64,000 bases of DNA from Minisyncoccota bacterium (GCA_052034355.1 JBPOIQ010000002.1:1555-65554); one strand, 5' to 3'. Shown: positions 1 through 8,789, numbered from the stretch's first letter. The notes: generated from the sequence alone by a model not told the origin. Made by a program: numbers and translations.

Positions 1-501
1 CAGCATCAGGAAAAGAGCGGCGCCGATTTGCGCTACACTGATCCGGAAACCAACGAAAAATACCTGCCCCACGTCATTGAACCGTCGCTCGGCGTCGACC
101 GTACGCTGCTCGTCGTTATGCTCGAGGCCTATCACGAGGAACAGGCGCGCACCGCCGAGGAAGGGGAGACCGATCTTCGTGTCGTCATGCGTTTCCCGAA
201 AGCGCTCGCGCCTTTCAAGGTCGCGATGCTCCCGCTTTCCAAGAAGGAAGAGCTTTCCGTTCCGGCCCGCGCCCTGGCCGCCAAGCTCCGCCAGAAATGG
301 GCCGTCGACTATGATGAAACGCAGTCCATCGGCAAGCGCTACCGCCGCCAGGATGAAATCGGTACGCCGTACTGCGTCACCTACGACTTTGATTCGCTGA
401 ACGACCAATCGGTCACCGTGCGCGATCGCGACACGATGCAGCAGGAACGCGTGAAGATCGACGAGCTCGAAGGTTACATCACATCCAAGCTCGGCTTCTA
501 G
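1..501 (+). CDS. glyQS: glycine--tRNA ligase (alpha2 type), C-terminal part; 5' end outside window
   Basis: Frame open from base 1; PHVIEPSLGVDR motif 3 and anticodon-binding domain SIGKRYRRQDEIGTPYCVT. Confidence 0.93.
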   Translation, partial: QHQEKSGADLRYTDPETNEKYLPHVIEPSLGVDRTLLVVMLEAYHEEQARTAEEGETDLRVVMRFPKALAPFKVAMLPLSKKEELSVPARALAAKLRQKWAVDYDETQSIGKRYRRQDEIGTPYCVTYDFDSLNDQSVTVRDRDTMQQERVKIDELEGYITSKLGF

Positions 502-502
502 C

Positions 503-1783
503 ATGTCCTTGTTTCAAACAGCCAAACTCAAAAACGGCACGAGAGTGATTCTCGTGCCGTCGCGCGATACGCAGGCCGCCACCGTGCTGGTGCTCTTCGA
601 GGTCGGCAGCCGCTACGAGAACGGAAAACTCGCCGGCGCTTCGCATTTTGTCGAGCACATGATGTTCAAGGGTACCGAACGCCGCCCGACGACGATGGAT
701 ATCAGCCGCGACCTCGATTCCGTCGGCGCCGATTACAACGCGTTCACTGGAAAAGACCATACCGGGTATTACGTGAAGCTCAATGCTTCGCATATCGAGC
801 TGGCCGTCGACATGCTTCACGACATGCTTTTCCATTCCACGTATCGCGCCGAAGAAGTCGCGCGCGAACGCGGCGTCATCAAGGAGGAGATCAACATGTA
901 CGACGACAATCCGATCATGCGCGCCGAAGAGCTCTTGGAAGAATTGGTCTATGAAGGCACGCTCGGGCGGCCGATCGCCGGCACGCACGCCACGATGGAC
1001 GGCATCGGGAGAGATGAACTCCTTCGCTGGCGCGACCAGGCCTACGCGCCTTCCCGCATGATCGTCGCGGTCGCCGGCAAATTCGAACCGTCGGTTCTCG
1101 AGCTTCTCGAGAAGACCTTCGGTAGCGTGCAGGAGCCGAAAAAGAAGCTAAAAACTTACCCAGCCTCGCGTTTGCGGAGCGGCGGGGCTCGTCTTGCGCT
1201 ACAATATAAGGAGACCGAGCAGGTCCAGTTCGCTCTGGGCTTCCCGGGTTTGCCGTACGGGCACAAGGACGCCGCGGCGCTGTCGGTGCTGACGACGGTT
1301 TTGGGTGGAGGGATGTCGTCGCGCCTCTTTACGGAAGTGCGCGAACGGCGCGGCTTGGCGTATTCCGTGCACGCGAGCCTGAGCCCGTACCAGGACATCG
1401 GAAACTTCGCGATCCAAGCCGGCCTTATGAAGGCCAAGCTGGACGAAGGCATTACGGTGATCCTCAGGGAGCTCGGTAAGGCGGCGCAAAAGGGCGTGAC
1501 GGCGGAAGAGCTGAAGCGCGCGAAAGAATACATCAAGGGCAAGACGGTTCTCGGCCTCGAAGAATCGAGCGCGCTCGCGGAATTTTTCGCCAAGCAGGAA
1601 CTCTTGCAGAAAAAGATCCAGACGCCGGAAATGCGCTTGGAACGCATCGATAAGGTGACGCGCGAGGACGTGCTCTCTGTCGCCAAGAAGATGTTCCGCA
1701 CATCAGGACTCTCCGCCTCCTTGATCGGACCGTTCAAGGACAAGGCGCGATTCATGAAACTTCTTAAGATTCCGACGCGATAA
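503..1783 (+). CDS. M16 (pitrilysin/insulinase) family zinc peptidase
   Basis: Inverted zincin motif HFVEH (HxxEH), NAFT, GGGMSSRLF..VRE.RGLAY. Confidence 0.93.
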   Translation: MSLFQTAKLKNGTRVILVPSRDTQAATVLVLFEVGSRYENGKLAGASHFVEHMMFKGTERRPTTMDISRDLDSVGADYNAFTGKDHTGYYVKLNASHIELAVDMLHDMLFHSTYRAEEVARERGVIKEEINMYDDNPIMRAEELLEELVYEGTLGRPIAGTHATMDGIGRDELLRWRDQAYAPSRMIVAVAGKFEPSVLELLEKTFGSVQEPKKKLKTYPASRLRSGGARLALQYKETEQVQFALGFPGLPYGHKDAAALSVLTTVLGGGMSSRLFTEVRERRGLAYSVHASLSPYQDIGNFAIQAGLMKAKLDEGITVILRELGKAAQKGVTAEELKRAKEYIKGKTVLGLEESSALAEFFAKQELLQKKIQTPEMRLERIDKVTREDVLSVAKKMFRTSGLSASLIGPFKDKARFMKLLKIPTR

Positions 1784-1786
1784 CAT

Positions 1787-2539
1787 ATGCGCAAGCTGTT
1801 TTTCGCCAACTGGAAAATGTACCTGAGCGATGCCGATGCGGAAGCGTTGGCTCGCCAGTTTTTGGACGCGGCGCTCGAAGCGCGCGTCGACGTCGCGATC
1901 GCTCCGGGCTTCACAGCTCTCGATCGCGTCGCTCGCGTGCTTCGAGGCTCTCCGGTCTCGCTCGGCGCGCAGAACGTCTTTTGGATGGATGGGGGAGCGT
2001 ATACGGGTGAAGTTTCCCCGCATCAATTGACGGCGCTCGGAACCCGGTACGTGATCCTTGGACACTCCGAACGCCGGGCGTATCTCGGCGAGACGAACGA
2101 CATGATCGCGAAAAAAACCAAGGCGGCTATGGAGGCCGGATTGATCCCGGTCCTGTGCGTCGGCGAGACGAAAGAAGAGCGGGAAGCCGGGCGCCAAGAG
2201 GCGGTCGTCGGCGAGCAGCTTGAGATTGCGCTTGCCGGCGCGCGTATTTCTGCCGAACGGCCGCTTGTCGTTGCCTACGAGCCGCGCTGGGCGATCGGCA
2301 CGGGTACGCCCTGCAAGCCCGAGGATGTCACTGCAATGCACGGCCACATCCGCTCCGTCATCGACGCGCTTTTGGATGGTGATGCGTTGTCGTACGTCCG
2401 CGTGCTGTATGGAGGTTCCGTCGACGCTTCGAACGCCGAGTCGTTTCTCGAGCTTCCGGCGGTTGACGGCATGTTGGTCGGTGGAGCAAGCGCTCGCCCT
2501 GCTGACGTGCGCGCGTTGTTCGATCTTCTTTCTCGCTGA
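1787..2539 (+). CDS. tpiA: triosephosphate isomerase
   Basis: ANWKM, GHSERR, AYEP.WAIGTG, LYGGSV, LVGGAS motifs. Confidence 0.97.
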   Translation: MRKLFFANWKMYLSDADAEALARQFLDAALEARVDVAIAPGFTALDRVARVLRGSPVSLGAQNVFWMDGGAYTGEVSPHQLTALGTRYVILGHSERRAYLGETNDMIAKKTKAAMEAGLIPVLCVGETKEEREAGRQEAVVGEQLEIALAGARISAERPLVVAYEPRWAIGTGTPCKPEDVTAMHGHIRSVIDALLDGDALSYVRVLYGGSVDASNAESFLELPAVDGMLVGGASARPADVRALFDLLSR

Positions 2540-2541
2540 GT

Positions 2542-3444
2542 ATGTGGACCATCGTCGGCATTTTGCTCGTGCTCTCCGGCCTCGCGCTGATTTACGGCGT
2601 GCTGGTGAAAAAATTTCCTCAGCTCAAGCTGATCGATCTTTCCACGCTTGCCAAAGAGCGGCATGAGGCGGTCAAAAAACGCATCATGCAGGATCGTTTC
2701 GAACGTTCGCTCGGAAAAATCCAAGGCAAGACCAACGAAGCAGTCGATGCCGCGTCTTCGCGCGTCAAAAATTGGTTTGAACGCGCACAGGACAAGTTGA
2801 AGGGGATGGAAGCGCGCATGGACGGGCATGTCCGAAAGCCGACGACTGCGGCGGAGCATGCCAAGGCGGCCGCCCGCCTGCCGGATCTTTTAGACCAAGC
2901 CGATCATGCGCGGCTTGAGGAGCGTTACGAAGAGGCAGAGAAGCTCTATATCGAGGCGCTCAAGGCCGACGCGAAGAACGTTGAGGCCTATCGCGGGTTG
3001 GCCGAGCTGTACCTCGCGCAAAAGCAGCCGGATCAGGCGGCGGAAATCCTCGAGTTTTTGCTCCGTTTGCAAAGTGACGACGATCGCGCGTTGGGGCGCT
3101 TGGGGCAGATCGAGGCCGGTCGTGGAAACTTCGAGGAGGCCGAGGCACGCTACCTGCGTTCTATCGAGCTTACGGCCGGTGCGACGGTCTATCGCGCCGA
3201 ATTAGGAAGGGTCTACCTGACCCAGGGAGACGGCCGGAAAGCGGCCGACCAGTTCCGTATGGCGCTCCAGGCCGAACCGCACAATCCCAAGTACCTTGAT
3301 TATTTTTTGGAGGCGAGTATACTCGTAGGCGACGCAGACGCGGCTCGGGAAGCCCTTTCGGCCCTGGAAGAGGTGAACCCTGAAAACGCCAAGCTCGAGG
3401 AGTTCCGAGGTCGGATCTCCGAAATGACCGTAAAAACCTCATAG
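2542..3444 (+). CDS. membrane-anchored TPR protein
   Basis: N-terminal hydrophobic helix, coiled region, several TPR-like repeats (AYRGLAELY, ALGRLGQI, RAELGRVY). Confidence 0.8.
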   Translation: MWTIVGILLVLSGLALIYGVLVKKFPQLKLIDLSTLAKERHEAVKKRIMQDRFERSLGKIQGKTNEAVDAASSRVKNWFERAQDKLKGMEARMDGHVRKPTTAAEHAKAAARLPDLLDQADHARLEERYEEAEKLYIEALKADAKNVEAYRGLAELYLAQKQPDQAAEILEFLLRLQSDDDRALGRLGQIEAGRGNFEEAEARYLRSIELTAGATVYRAELGRVYLTQGDGRKAADQFRMALQAEPHNPKYLDYFLEASILVGDADAAREALSALEEVNPENAKLEEFRGRISEMTVKTS

Positions 3445-3557
3445 AACGACCGATCCTGGCTTGGATCGGCCCGTAAGCGGGCCGAGGAGGATCGGCCGGT
3501 ATGCAGACGCGAGCATGGTTTGACCATGCGCGCGAGGACGTGCCGGACAAGCAGTAA

Positions 3558-3633
3558 GCCGACGTAGCTCAGTTGGTAGAGCGTGTCCATGGTAAGGACA
3601 AGGTCACCGGTTCAATCCCGGTCGTCGGCTCCA
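3558..3633 (+). tRNA. tRNA-Thr(GGT)
   Basis: Cloverleaf: GCCGACG/CGTCGGC acceptor, anticodon arm TGTCC-ATGGTAA-GGACA, GGTTCAATCCC T-arm, encoded CCA. Confidence 0.97.
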
Positions 3634-3734
3634 TCGAAAAACATCCTGCGCGATCGCGCAGGATACGCTAAACCGCCATCAAGGCTGGGTTTGCCCAGCT
3701 GCGAAGGAGGAGCAGCGTGCCCGGCAAGCGACGT

Positions 3735-3821
3735 GGGCAGTTACTCAAGCGGTCAACGAGGGCAGACTGTAAATCTGCTGGCCTTGTGCCTTCCAAGGTT
3801 CGAATCCTTGACTGCCCACCA
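3735..3821 (+). tRNA. tRNA-Tyr(GTA)
   Basis: GGGCAGT/ACTGCCC acceptor, GCAGA-CTGTAAA-TCTGC anticodon arm, long variable arm, encoded CCA. Confidence 0.97.
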
Positions 3822-3883
3822 GGGCATAGCGTTTCACGGGAGTGGAGCGCTGCGTCCTGCACGAAAAAACGGCGAAAGGCTGC

Positions 3884-3959
3884 GCCACCTTAGCTCAGCT
3901 GGTAGAGCACCAGTTTTGTAAACTGACGGTCCTGGGTTCGAGTCCCAGAGGTGGCTCCA
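3884..3959 (+). tRNA. tRNA-Thr(TGT)
   Basis: GCCACCT/AGGTGGC acceptor, anticodon loop TTTGTAA, GGTTCGAGTCC, encoded CCA. Confidence 0.95.
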
Positions 3960-4000
3960 CCCCCCCAGATCTACCCAAAAACCCGAGAAGTAAGCTACTC

Positions 4001-4029
4001 TTGACGTCAGAACCGTCTTCGAGTATCCT
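4001..4029 (+). promoter_or_regulatory. sigma70-type promoter of rpmG
   Basis: TTGACG-17 nt-TATCCT, 25 nt upstream of ATG. Confidence 0.6.
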
Positions 4030-4054
4030 TCTCCTATCATTCACCGCAGTTGCT

Positions 4055-4210
4055 ATGTCCCAGGACAACCTCATCAAACTCGAGTGCACCGAGTGCAAGC
4101 GGGCCAATTACCACTCCCACAAGAACAAGAAGAAGCTCAAAGCCCGTATTGAGCTCAAAAAGCACTGCGAGTGGTGCAAAAAGCACACGGTCCACAAGGA
4201 GACCAAGTAA
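4055..4210 (+). CDS. rpmG: 50S ribosomal protein L33 (Zn-binding form)
   Basis: [14 protein letters not shown]...[17 protein letters not shown], 51 aa, two CxxC. Confidence 0.96.
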   Translation: MSQDNLIKLECTECKRANYHSHKNKKKLKARIELKKHCEWCKKHTVHKETK

Positions 4211-4240
4211 AAAACATCCCCCGAAAGGGGGTTGTTTTTT
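4211..4240 (+). terminator. intrinsic terminator after rpmG
   Basis: CCCCC-GAAA-GGGGG hairpin followed by TTGTTTTTT. Confidence 0.8.
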
Positions 4241-4262
4241 ATGGTACTGTAGAGGCTCATCT

Positions 4263-4661
4263 ATGGAGCGCGCGTATTTTGAATCTCTCGCTTCCAAAGC
4301 CTTCAGCTCGATCCCTGAGCGTTTTTTGAAACGGCTCGGCAATGTCGTGATTCTCGTTGAAGATCGTCCGACGCCAGAACAGAATGCGGTCGGTGCGCAC
4401 GAAGGCGAGGAAGACCTCGACATCCTCGGCCTCTATGAAGGCACGCCGCTCACCGAGCTGCCGGGCGACCCGAGCGGCACGCTTCCGGATGTCATCGCCC
4501 TGTTTCAAATACCGATCGAGGAAGAAGCGGAAAGCTCGGGACTCGAACCGTTTGTCGTGATTCGCCAAACGCTCATTCACGAGATCGGCCATCATTTCGG
4601 CCTGGACGACGAAGAGATCGAAAAGATATTTGAGGAGAGGTGGGAGAATGATGACAAATGA
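4263..4661 (+). CDS. zincin-like metallopeptidase (Zincin_1/DUF1025-like)
   Basis: LGLYEG.P, PD.I.LF, HEIGHHFG. Confidence 0.85.
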   Translation: MERAYFESLASKAFSSIPERFLKRLGNVVILVEDRPTPEQNAVGAHEGEEDLDILGLYEGTPLTELPGDPSGTLPDVIALFQIPIEEEAESSGLEPFVVIRQTLIHEIGHHFGLDDEEIEKIFEERWENDDK

Positions 4662-4691
4662 AAACCGACGGTGCAGTGACCGTCGGTTTTC
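4660..4691. terminator. hairpin between convergent genes, probable bidirectional terminator
   Basis: GAAAACCGACGGT-gcagtg-ACCGTCGGTTTTC, 13-bp perfect stem. Confidence 0.7.
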
Positions 4692-4729
4692 CATGGCAGG
4701 TGCAACAGAGGAGATTCGGCCACCTGTCC

Positions 4730-5029
4730 TCATGTCGTATATCTCTCATCTAGATTGACTTGTAGTTTGGAAAGCACGGGGTTGGGGATGTTGTCTCGAA
4801 CGCGCTTAATGTCAGCATCTGAGACAACTGAACGGGCAAACTCGCTTATCCAGGTCGAATCTGATCCTGATAGCAGTGCGAATCGGACCGCGTCTCCCGT
4901 TTCCTCATTTTCGACGAGTAAGTTCTGATCGTTTTGATTCGCAAATTTCCTCAACCGTCCACGAAGCATTATGCCATGCAGCGACGAGATCGATCTGATT
5001 TCGTAGATATCCCAATAGAGAAGATTCAT
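4730..5029 (-). CDS. hypothetical protein, 99 aa
   Basis: ATG-led ORF 12 nt downstream of the GIY-YIG gene, lower GC than core, protein-like composition. Confidence 0.6.
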   Translation of the reverse strand: MNLLYWDIYEIRSISSLHGIMLRGRLRKFANQNDQNLLVENEETGDAVRFALLSGSDSTWISEFARSVVSDADIKRVRDNIPNPVLSKLQVNLDERYTT

Positions 5030-5041
5030 ATCTTTGTCATC

Positions 5042-5311
5042 TTAACACAGAGGTTTATGCAAGCCAGCCTTGATCCGATTCAACAACGGAACCGCTATCG
5101 ACCCGCTTGTCTTCACAGATGCCTCCCGTCGGCGTGCTGCTTCTTCAGTTACGTAGGCTTCGTAATACACCAGCCGGTACGGACGGCGCGGTTTGGTCGA
5201 GGTTACGGAGCCATCGTTGTGTTCTACGAATCTGCGACGCAAGTCTCCGCTTGAGCCTTTGTAGAAATAGGCCGGTTCCTTTTGGCTTTGTAGGATGTAG
5301 AAATACCACAT
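5042..5311 (-). CDS. small stand-alone GIY-YIG nuclease
   Basis: YFYIL.S...FYKGSS.DL.RR..EHN.G...STK..RP..LVYYEAY.....A..RE. Confidence 0.9.
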   Translation of the reverse strand: MWYFYILQSQKEPAYFYKGSSGDLRRRFVEHNDGSVTSTKPRRPYRLVYYEAYVTEEAARRREASVKTSGSIAVPLLNRIKAGLHKPLC

Positions 5312-5328
5312 ATGCCAGCTGACCTATA

Positions 5329-5365
5329 ACAAAAGCGTACCGCCATGCAAGGGGTACGCTTTTGT
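5329..5365. terminator. 13-bp stem hairpin with A/T tails
   Basis: ACAAAAGCGTACC-11 nt-GGTACGCTTTTGT. Confidence 0.6.
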
Positions 5366-5389
5366 AGCTGCGTCGGGAGCCAACGAAGC

Positions 5390-5447
5390 GCGGCCTGCAT
5401 GTTATGGTGGGCTACCCATAGGTAACCCGCCGTACGTGGCAGGCCAC
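5390..5447. repeat. long imperfect palindrome (REP-like) between tRNA-Trp and GIY-YIG
   Basis: GGCCTGC...GCAGGCC closing TATGGTGGGCTACC-cata-GGTAACCCGCCGTA. Confidence 0.5.
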
Positions 5448-5467
5448 GTCGATCGCGAACGACGGGG

Positions 5468-5538
5468 CCGAGGCGGTACGAATCGAACCCACCACAAGGG
5501 TTTTGGAGACCCTTGTGATACCATTTCACCACGCCCCC
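5468..5538 (-). tRNA. tRNA-Trp(CCA) with mismatched 3' half
   Basis: D-arm GTGA/TCAC, AGGGT-CTCCAAA-ACCCT anticodon arm, TTCGATT loop, G73; G1:G72 and G52:G62 mismatches, no encoded CCA. Confidence 0.8.
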
Positions 5539-5557
5539 GTGGTTTTTGATCAACGCC

Positions 5558-5586
5558 AGACTATCATTTTCCCGTTTTTTTGGCAA
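5558..5586 (-). promoter_or_regulatory. promoter of tRNA-Trp
   Basis: TTGCCA-17 nt-TAGTCT on minus strand. Confidence 0.55.
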
Positions 5587-5611
5587 CGATAGGAGGAGGT
5601 TTCGACGCGTT

Positions 5612-5654
5612 GAGGAGGGGTGAGCGAAGCTTTGCTAACGAGGAGGGGTGAGCG
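5612..5654. repeat. 15-bp direct repeat GAGGAGGGGTGAGCG x2
   Basis: Exact copies at 5612-5626 and 5640-5654. Confidence 0.85.
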
Positions 5655-5694
5655 GCTTGACGCGAGGCTCTCTTTTCCTTTGTAATGGAGACGT

Positions 5695-6402
5695 ATGGAC
5701 GTGCGACTTGAACCCTCTTGGAAGGAACAGTTGAAGGAGGAGTTTGAGAAGCCGTATTTCACGCGTCTCGCCGATTTCGTGCGTCAGGAATACAAAACGA
5801 AAGCGGTGTATCCGGCCCCGAAGGATATCTTCGCGGCGCTTGAGTCGGTGCCGTTCGATCGGGTACGCGTCGTCGTGCTCGGCCAAGACCCGTATCACGG
5901 TCCTGGGCAGGCGCACGGGCTCTGCTTCTCGGTTCCGGAGGGCGTGCCGAAACCGCCGTCGCTTCAGAACGTCTTCAAAGAAATCAAAAGCGACCTTGAA
6001 TTGCCGGTTCCGGAAAATGGGAATCTGCAGCACTGGGCCGACCAAGGCGTGCTCCTGCTAAATGCGACGCTCACGGTCGTGAGCGGTCAAGCCGCTTCAC
6101 ATCAGGGTAAAGGGTGGGAAGAGTTTACGGACACGATCGTCAAAAAACTGAACGATGGCCGAAAGGAGCTCGTCTTCCTTCTCTGGGGCGCGTATGCCCA
6201 GAAGAAGGGCGCGCATATCGACCGTAAGAAGCACTTGGTTCTCGAAGCGCCGCATCCTTCGCCGCTCTCGGCGCATAATGGATTCTTTGGTTGCCGGCAT
6301 TTCAGCAAGGCGAACGCGTATTTGCTCGAGCGCGACCAAGCGCCGATTCAATGGATAAAAAACGCACCGAATGAAATCGACGTGCAAAGCGTCGGTTGGT
6401 AA
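5695..6402 (+). CDS. ung: uracil-DNA glycosylase (family 1)
   Basis: GQDPYH, GLCFSV, PPSL.N, GVLLLN, HPSPLS. Confidence 0.97.
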   Translation: MDVRLEPSWKEQLKEEFEKPYFTRLADFVRQEYKTKAVYPAPKDIFAALESVPFDRVRVVVLGQDPYHGPGQAHGLCFSVPEGVPKPPSLQNVFKEIKSDLELPVPENGNLQHWADQGVLLLNATLTVVSGQAASHQGKGWEEFTDTIVKKLNDGRKELVFLLWGAYAQKKGAHIDRKKHLVLEAPHPSPLSAHNGFFGCRHFSKANAYLLERDQAPIQWIKNAPNEIDVQSVGW

Positions 6403-6407
6403 CGCCT

Positions 6408-6926
6408 ATGTCGCTTGAACTCAATCGATCGGAACTGGAACGCGCCCTCGAACTCGCGGCGCTCGGCGACCGGCTGATCAACGGCCATCGTCCGGAGGAA
6501 GAGCGCTCGGCGATGCATGACGCACCTCTTCAAAAACTCCTCGCACTCGCCGAGGAGGAAGGGTTGGGGTACCTCGTTGCCGTAAACGAACGCACAGGTG
6601 AACTGAAACCGTCCGAAGCGCTCATGGCGCGCTTGGCGCTCGCCGGATACGTCGCCGACTACGACGACTGCGTGTTCTGGGATGAACTTGCGATCCGCCT
6701 TGCGGAGCGCGACGTGCGCGCCGAGCTCGGAGCTGCGGTTTTTGACGCGCTGCCGCCGCATGAACGCCATGAACGCGTCGATGCGCTCGCGGAGACATAC
6801 GATCGCGAGTTCGATGTCCGCGGCGTCGATCGTCTCAGGCTTGAGCGCGCGCGCCGGGCCCGGGCCGTGCGCGACGGGCTCACCGAACGCCTTCTTAAAC
6901 TTTTCGATGACAACGAGAAACAATGA
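6408..6926 (+). CDS. hypothetical protein
   Basis: Operon-like packing between ung and the kinase gene (ATGA overlap); acidic helical protein. Confidence 0.65.
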   Translation: MSLELNRSELERALELAALGDRLINGHRPEEERSAMHDAPLQKLLALAEEEGLGYLVAVNERTGELKPSEALMARLALAGYVADYDDCVFWDELAIRLAERDVRAELGAAVFDALPPHERHERVDALAETYDREFDVRGVDRLRLERARRARAVRDGLTERLLKLFDDNEKQ

Positions 6927-7510
6927 AGCTGATTGAATTCGTCGGCATGCCGAGAAGCGGCAAGTCCACGCAAGCGGAATTGCTCAAGAAGGCGCTTGAG
7001 ACGCATGGAAAGTCGGTGCTGCTTTTGACCGACCGCGAGCACATGGCGCGCATGAACGTGCCGCCGCAAGAATCGCTGGCGTTCGCTTTGGGCTATTACG
7101 GTCAGCTGCTCGATTCCTACTATACCTATAAGGACAAGGCCGACGTTATGATCATTGATCGTGGCTGGAGCGACGCGGCGGTTTGGGCGGACGTGTATCG
7201 CGCCACGAAAGTCGTGACGGAGGACGAGGCGCAAGCGCTGATCGGCTGTTTCGGCCGTTTTGCCCGCTTGGCCACGGCCGTTGTCGTCATGCGCCTTGCG
7301 CCGGAGACGTCGCTTGAGCGTCACGGGTCCGCTTTGCATGAACGCGTCGACGAGGTCGCCATGAATCCGGAATGGCTGGCGGCGCTTTTTGAGGCATACG
7401 AAAAGAGAAAGAAGACGTTTACGAATCCGGTCGAAATTGACGGCACGCTTCAGCCGGAAGAAGCGCACGCGCGCATCATGGATTTTTTGGAGTCCACCGA
7501 TTCGATTTGA
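6923..7510 (+). CDS. thymidylate kinase-like P-loop nucleotide kinase
   Basis: IEFVGMPRSGKSTQ Walker A, IIDR motif, C-terminal IDG. Confidence 0.8.
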   Translation: MKLIEFVGMPRSGKSTQAELLKKALETHGKSVLLLTDREHMARMNVPPQESLAFALGYYGQLLDSYYTYKDKADVMIIDRGWSDAAVWADVYRATKVVTEDEAQALIGCFGRFARLATAVVVMRLAPETSLERHGSALHERVDEVAMNPEWLAALFEAYEKRKKTFTNPVEIDGTLQPEEAHARIMDFLESTDSI

Positions 7511-7529
7511 GAAAAGAAAAAGACCGCGC

Positions 7530-7910
7530 TTAGGCGGCCTGTTGGTAGAACCAAGGCGTTTTGTGGCCGGGAAAGTCGACGTGCACGCACGTCGGAATCT
7601 TCGGCAGGCATTGCTTCTTGTCGAGCTTGCCAGCCATCGCTAGCGTGGCGCGCCAGCCTTCTTGGGCCTCGGCGAGTGTAGCGAACTCCCAGACGCGCGA
7701 GCCGACGTCGTTGAAGTACACGTGGATCACGAACCGTGGCCGGGCGTCAGGCGGGTCATCGATCTCCAGCAGTTCCTGGTAGCCCTGCACGTCGGCTTCG
7801 CAGTTCGTACACGCGTATTGGTGCTGCGTCATCGCAGACAATGCTCGCATGCCGTACCATCCATGCCAGACGATTTCGCCGGCAGGCGTTTTCTTTCCGA
7901 TGGATTGCAA
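7530..7910 (-). CDS. hypothetical protein, 126 aa (SD-led)
   Basis: TTG start preceded by AAGGAGGTG; CxxC. Confidence 0.6.
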   Translation of the reverse strand: MQSIGKKTPAGEIVWHGWYGMRALSAMTQHQYACTNCEADVQGYQELLEIDDPPDARPRFVIHVYFNDVGSRVWEFATLAEAQEGWRATLAMAGKLDKKQCLPKIPTCVHVDFPGHKTPWFYQQAA

Positions 7911-7942
7911 GGTTCACCTCCTTGCCGTGGACCCTACCTCAA

Positions 7943-8734
7943 TTATTTCTTGAGCGCAACTAATGCGAGGAACATCGGGATTTCGTTGCGTGCGATATTC
8001 TCCGCTTTGGCTTTTGGGCCGGAGTCGCTCGTTTTGTGCGACGTCCATTCTTCCAAATTCTCGATCACGAAACCGTGCTTCGCGAGCGCGTGGACGTACG
8101 TTTCGAGTGGGCGGTGATAGGAATGCGTGACGATGCCTGGTTTTGATCCTGGGTGTGCCTGCACCGGCACGTCGTAAGCGCCGAGATATTTATCGACGCG
8201 GCGATATTGCAGCTTGCGGTTTTCGTCCCAGCCCCAGCCGCTTTGGCGGAGCTGGCGGAAGGCCGGGTGGTTCATGACGATGACGAAGCGCGCGCCAGGC
8301 TTCAAAACCTTGGAAGCGTCCCGAAAGACGGGAAAAATATCATCGATGTTTTGAATGGCCAAAATGCAACTAGCGCCGTCAAAAGAGGCGGCGGGATAGC
8401 GCGAGGCAAAATCACGGGCGTCGAGGACGGCATAGTCGGCGTTTTCGGGCGCGCGCGCCTTGGCTCGCTCGATCAACGTCGGGGCGGCGTCAAAACCAGC
8501 GACGTGAACGGAGGGTTTGCGCGCGATCTGGCGCGTGAATGCCCCCTCGCCGCAGGCAATGTCGAGATAGCGTTTTCCGGGAGCGGGGGAGAGGAGGCGT
8601 TCGGTGCCGGGGAAAACCACGGCTTCCTGGACCGTGTCCTCCTTGTCCAAATACGAACCATACCAACGGGAAACGCCTTCCCAGCTGGTTTTCGGGCCTC
8701 GCGGTTTTTGCTGAAACGGTTTGCGGCGCTGCAT
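7943..8734 (-). CDS. class I SAM-dependent methyltransferase
   Basis: YLDIACGEG motif I, FD.A, LKPGARF. Confidence 0.9.
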   Translation of the reverse strand: MQRRKPFQQKPRGPKTSWEGVSRWYGSYLDKEDTVQEAVVFPGTERLLSPAPGKRYLDIACGEGAFTRQIARKPSVHVAGFDAAPTLIERAKARAPENADYAVLDARDFASRYPAASFDGASCILAIQNIDDIFPVFRDASKVLKPGARFVIVMNHPAFRQLRQSGWGWDENRKLQYRRVDKYLGAYDVPVQAHPGSKPGIVTHSYHRPLETYVHALAKHGFVIENLEEWTSHKTSDSGPKAKAENIARNEIPMFLALVALKK

Positions 8735-8760
8735 AGTGAGTAGCCTAGCGCATTGGAGCG

Positions 8761-8789
8761 TTGACGTGAAGCGCTGAAACTGCTAGCTT
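8761..8789 (+). promoter_or_regulatory. sigma70-type promoter
   Basis: TTGACG-17 nt-TAGCTT upstream of 8824. Confidence 0.55.

Noticed and set aside
3690-3716. GAAGGAGGAGCAGC resembling SRP RNA helix 8
   Set aside because: Lacks the CAGG-stem-GNRA-stem-AGCA geometry and a long closing helix
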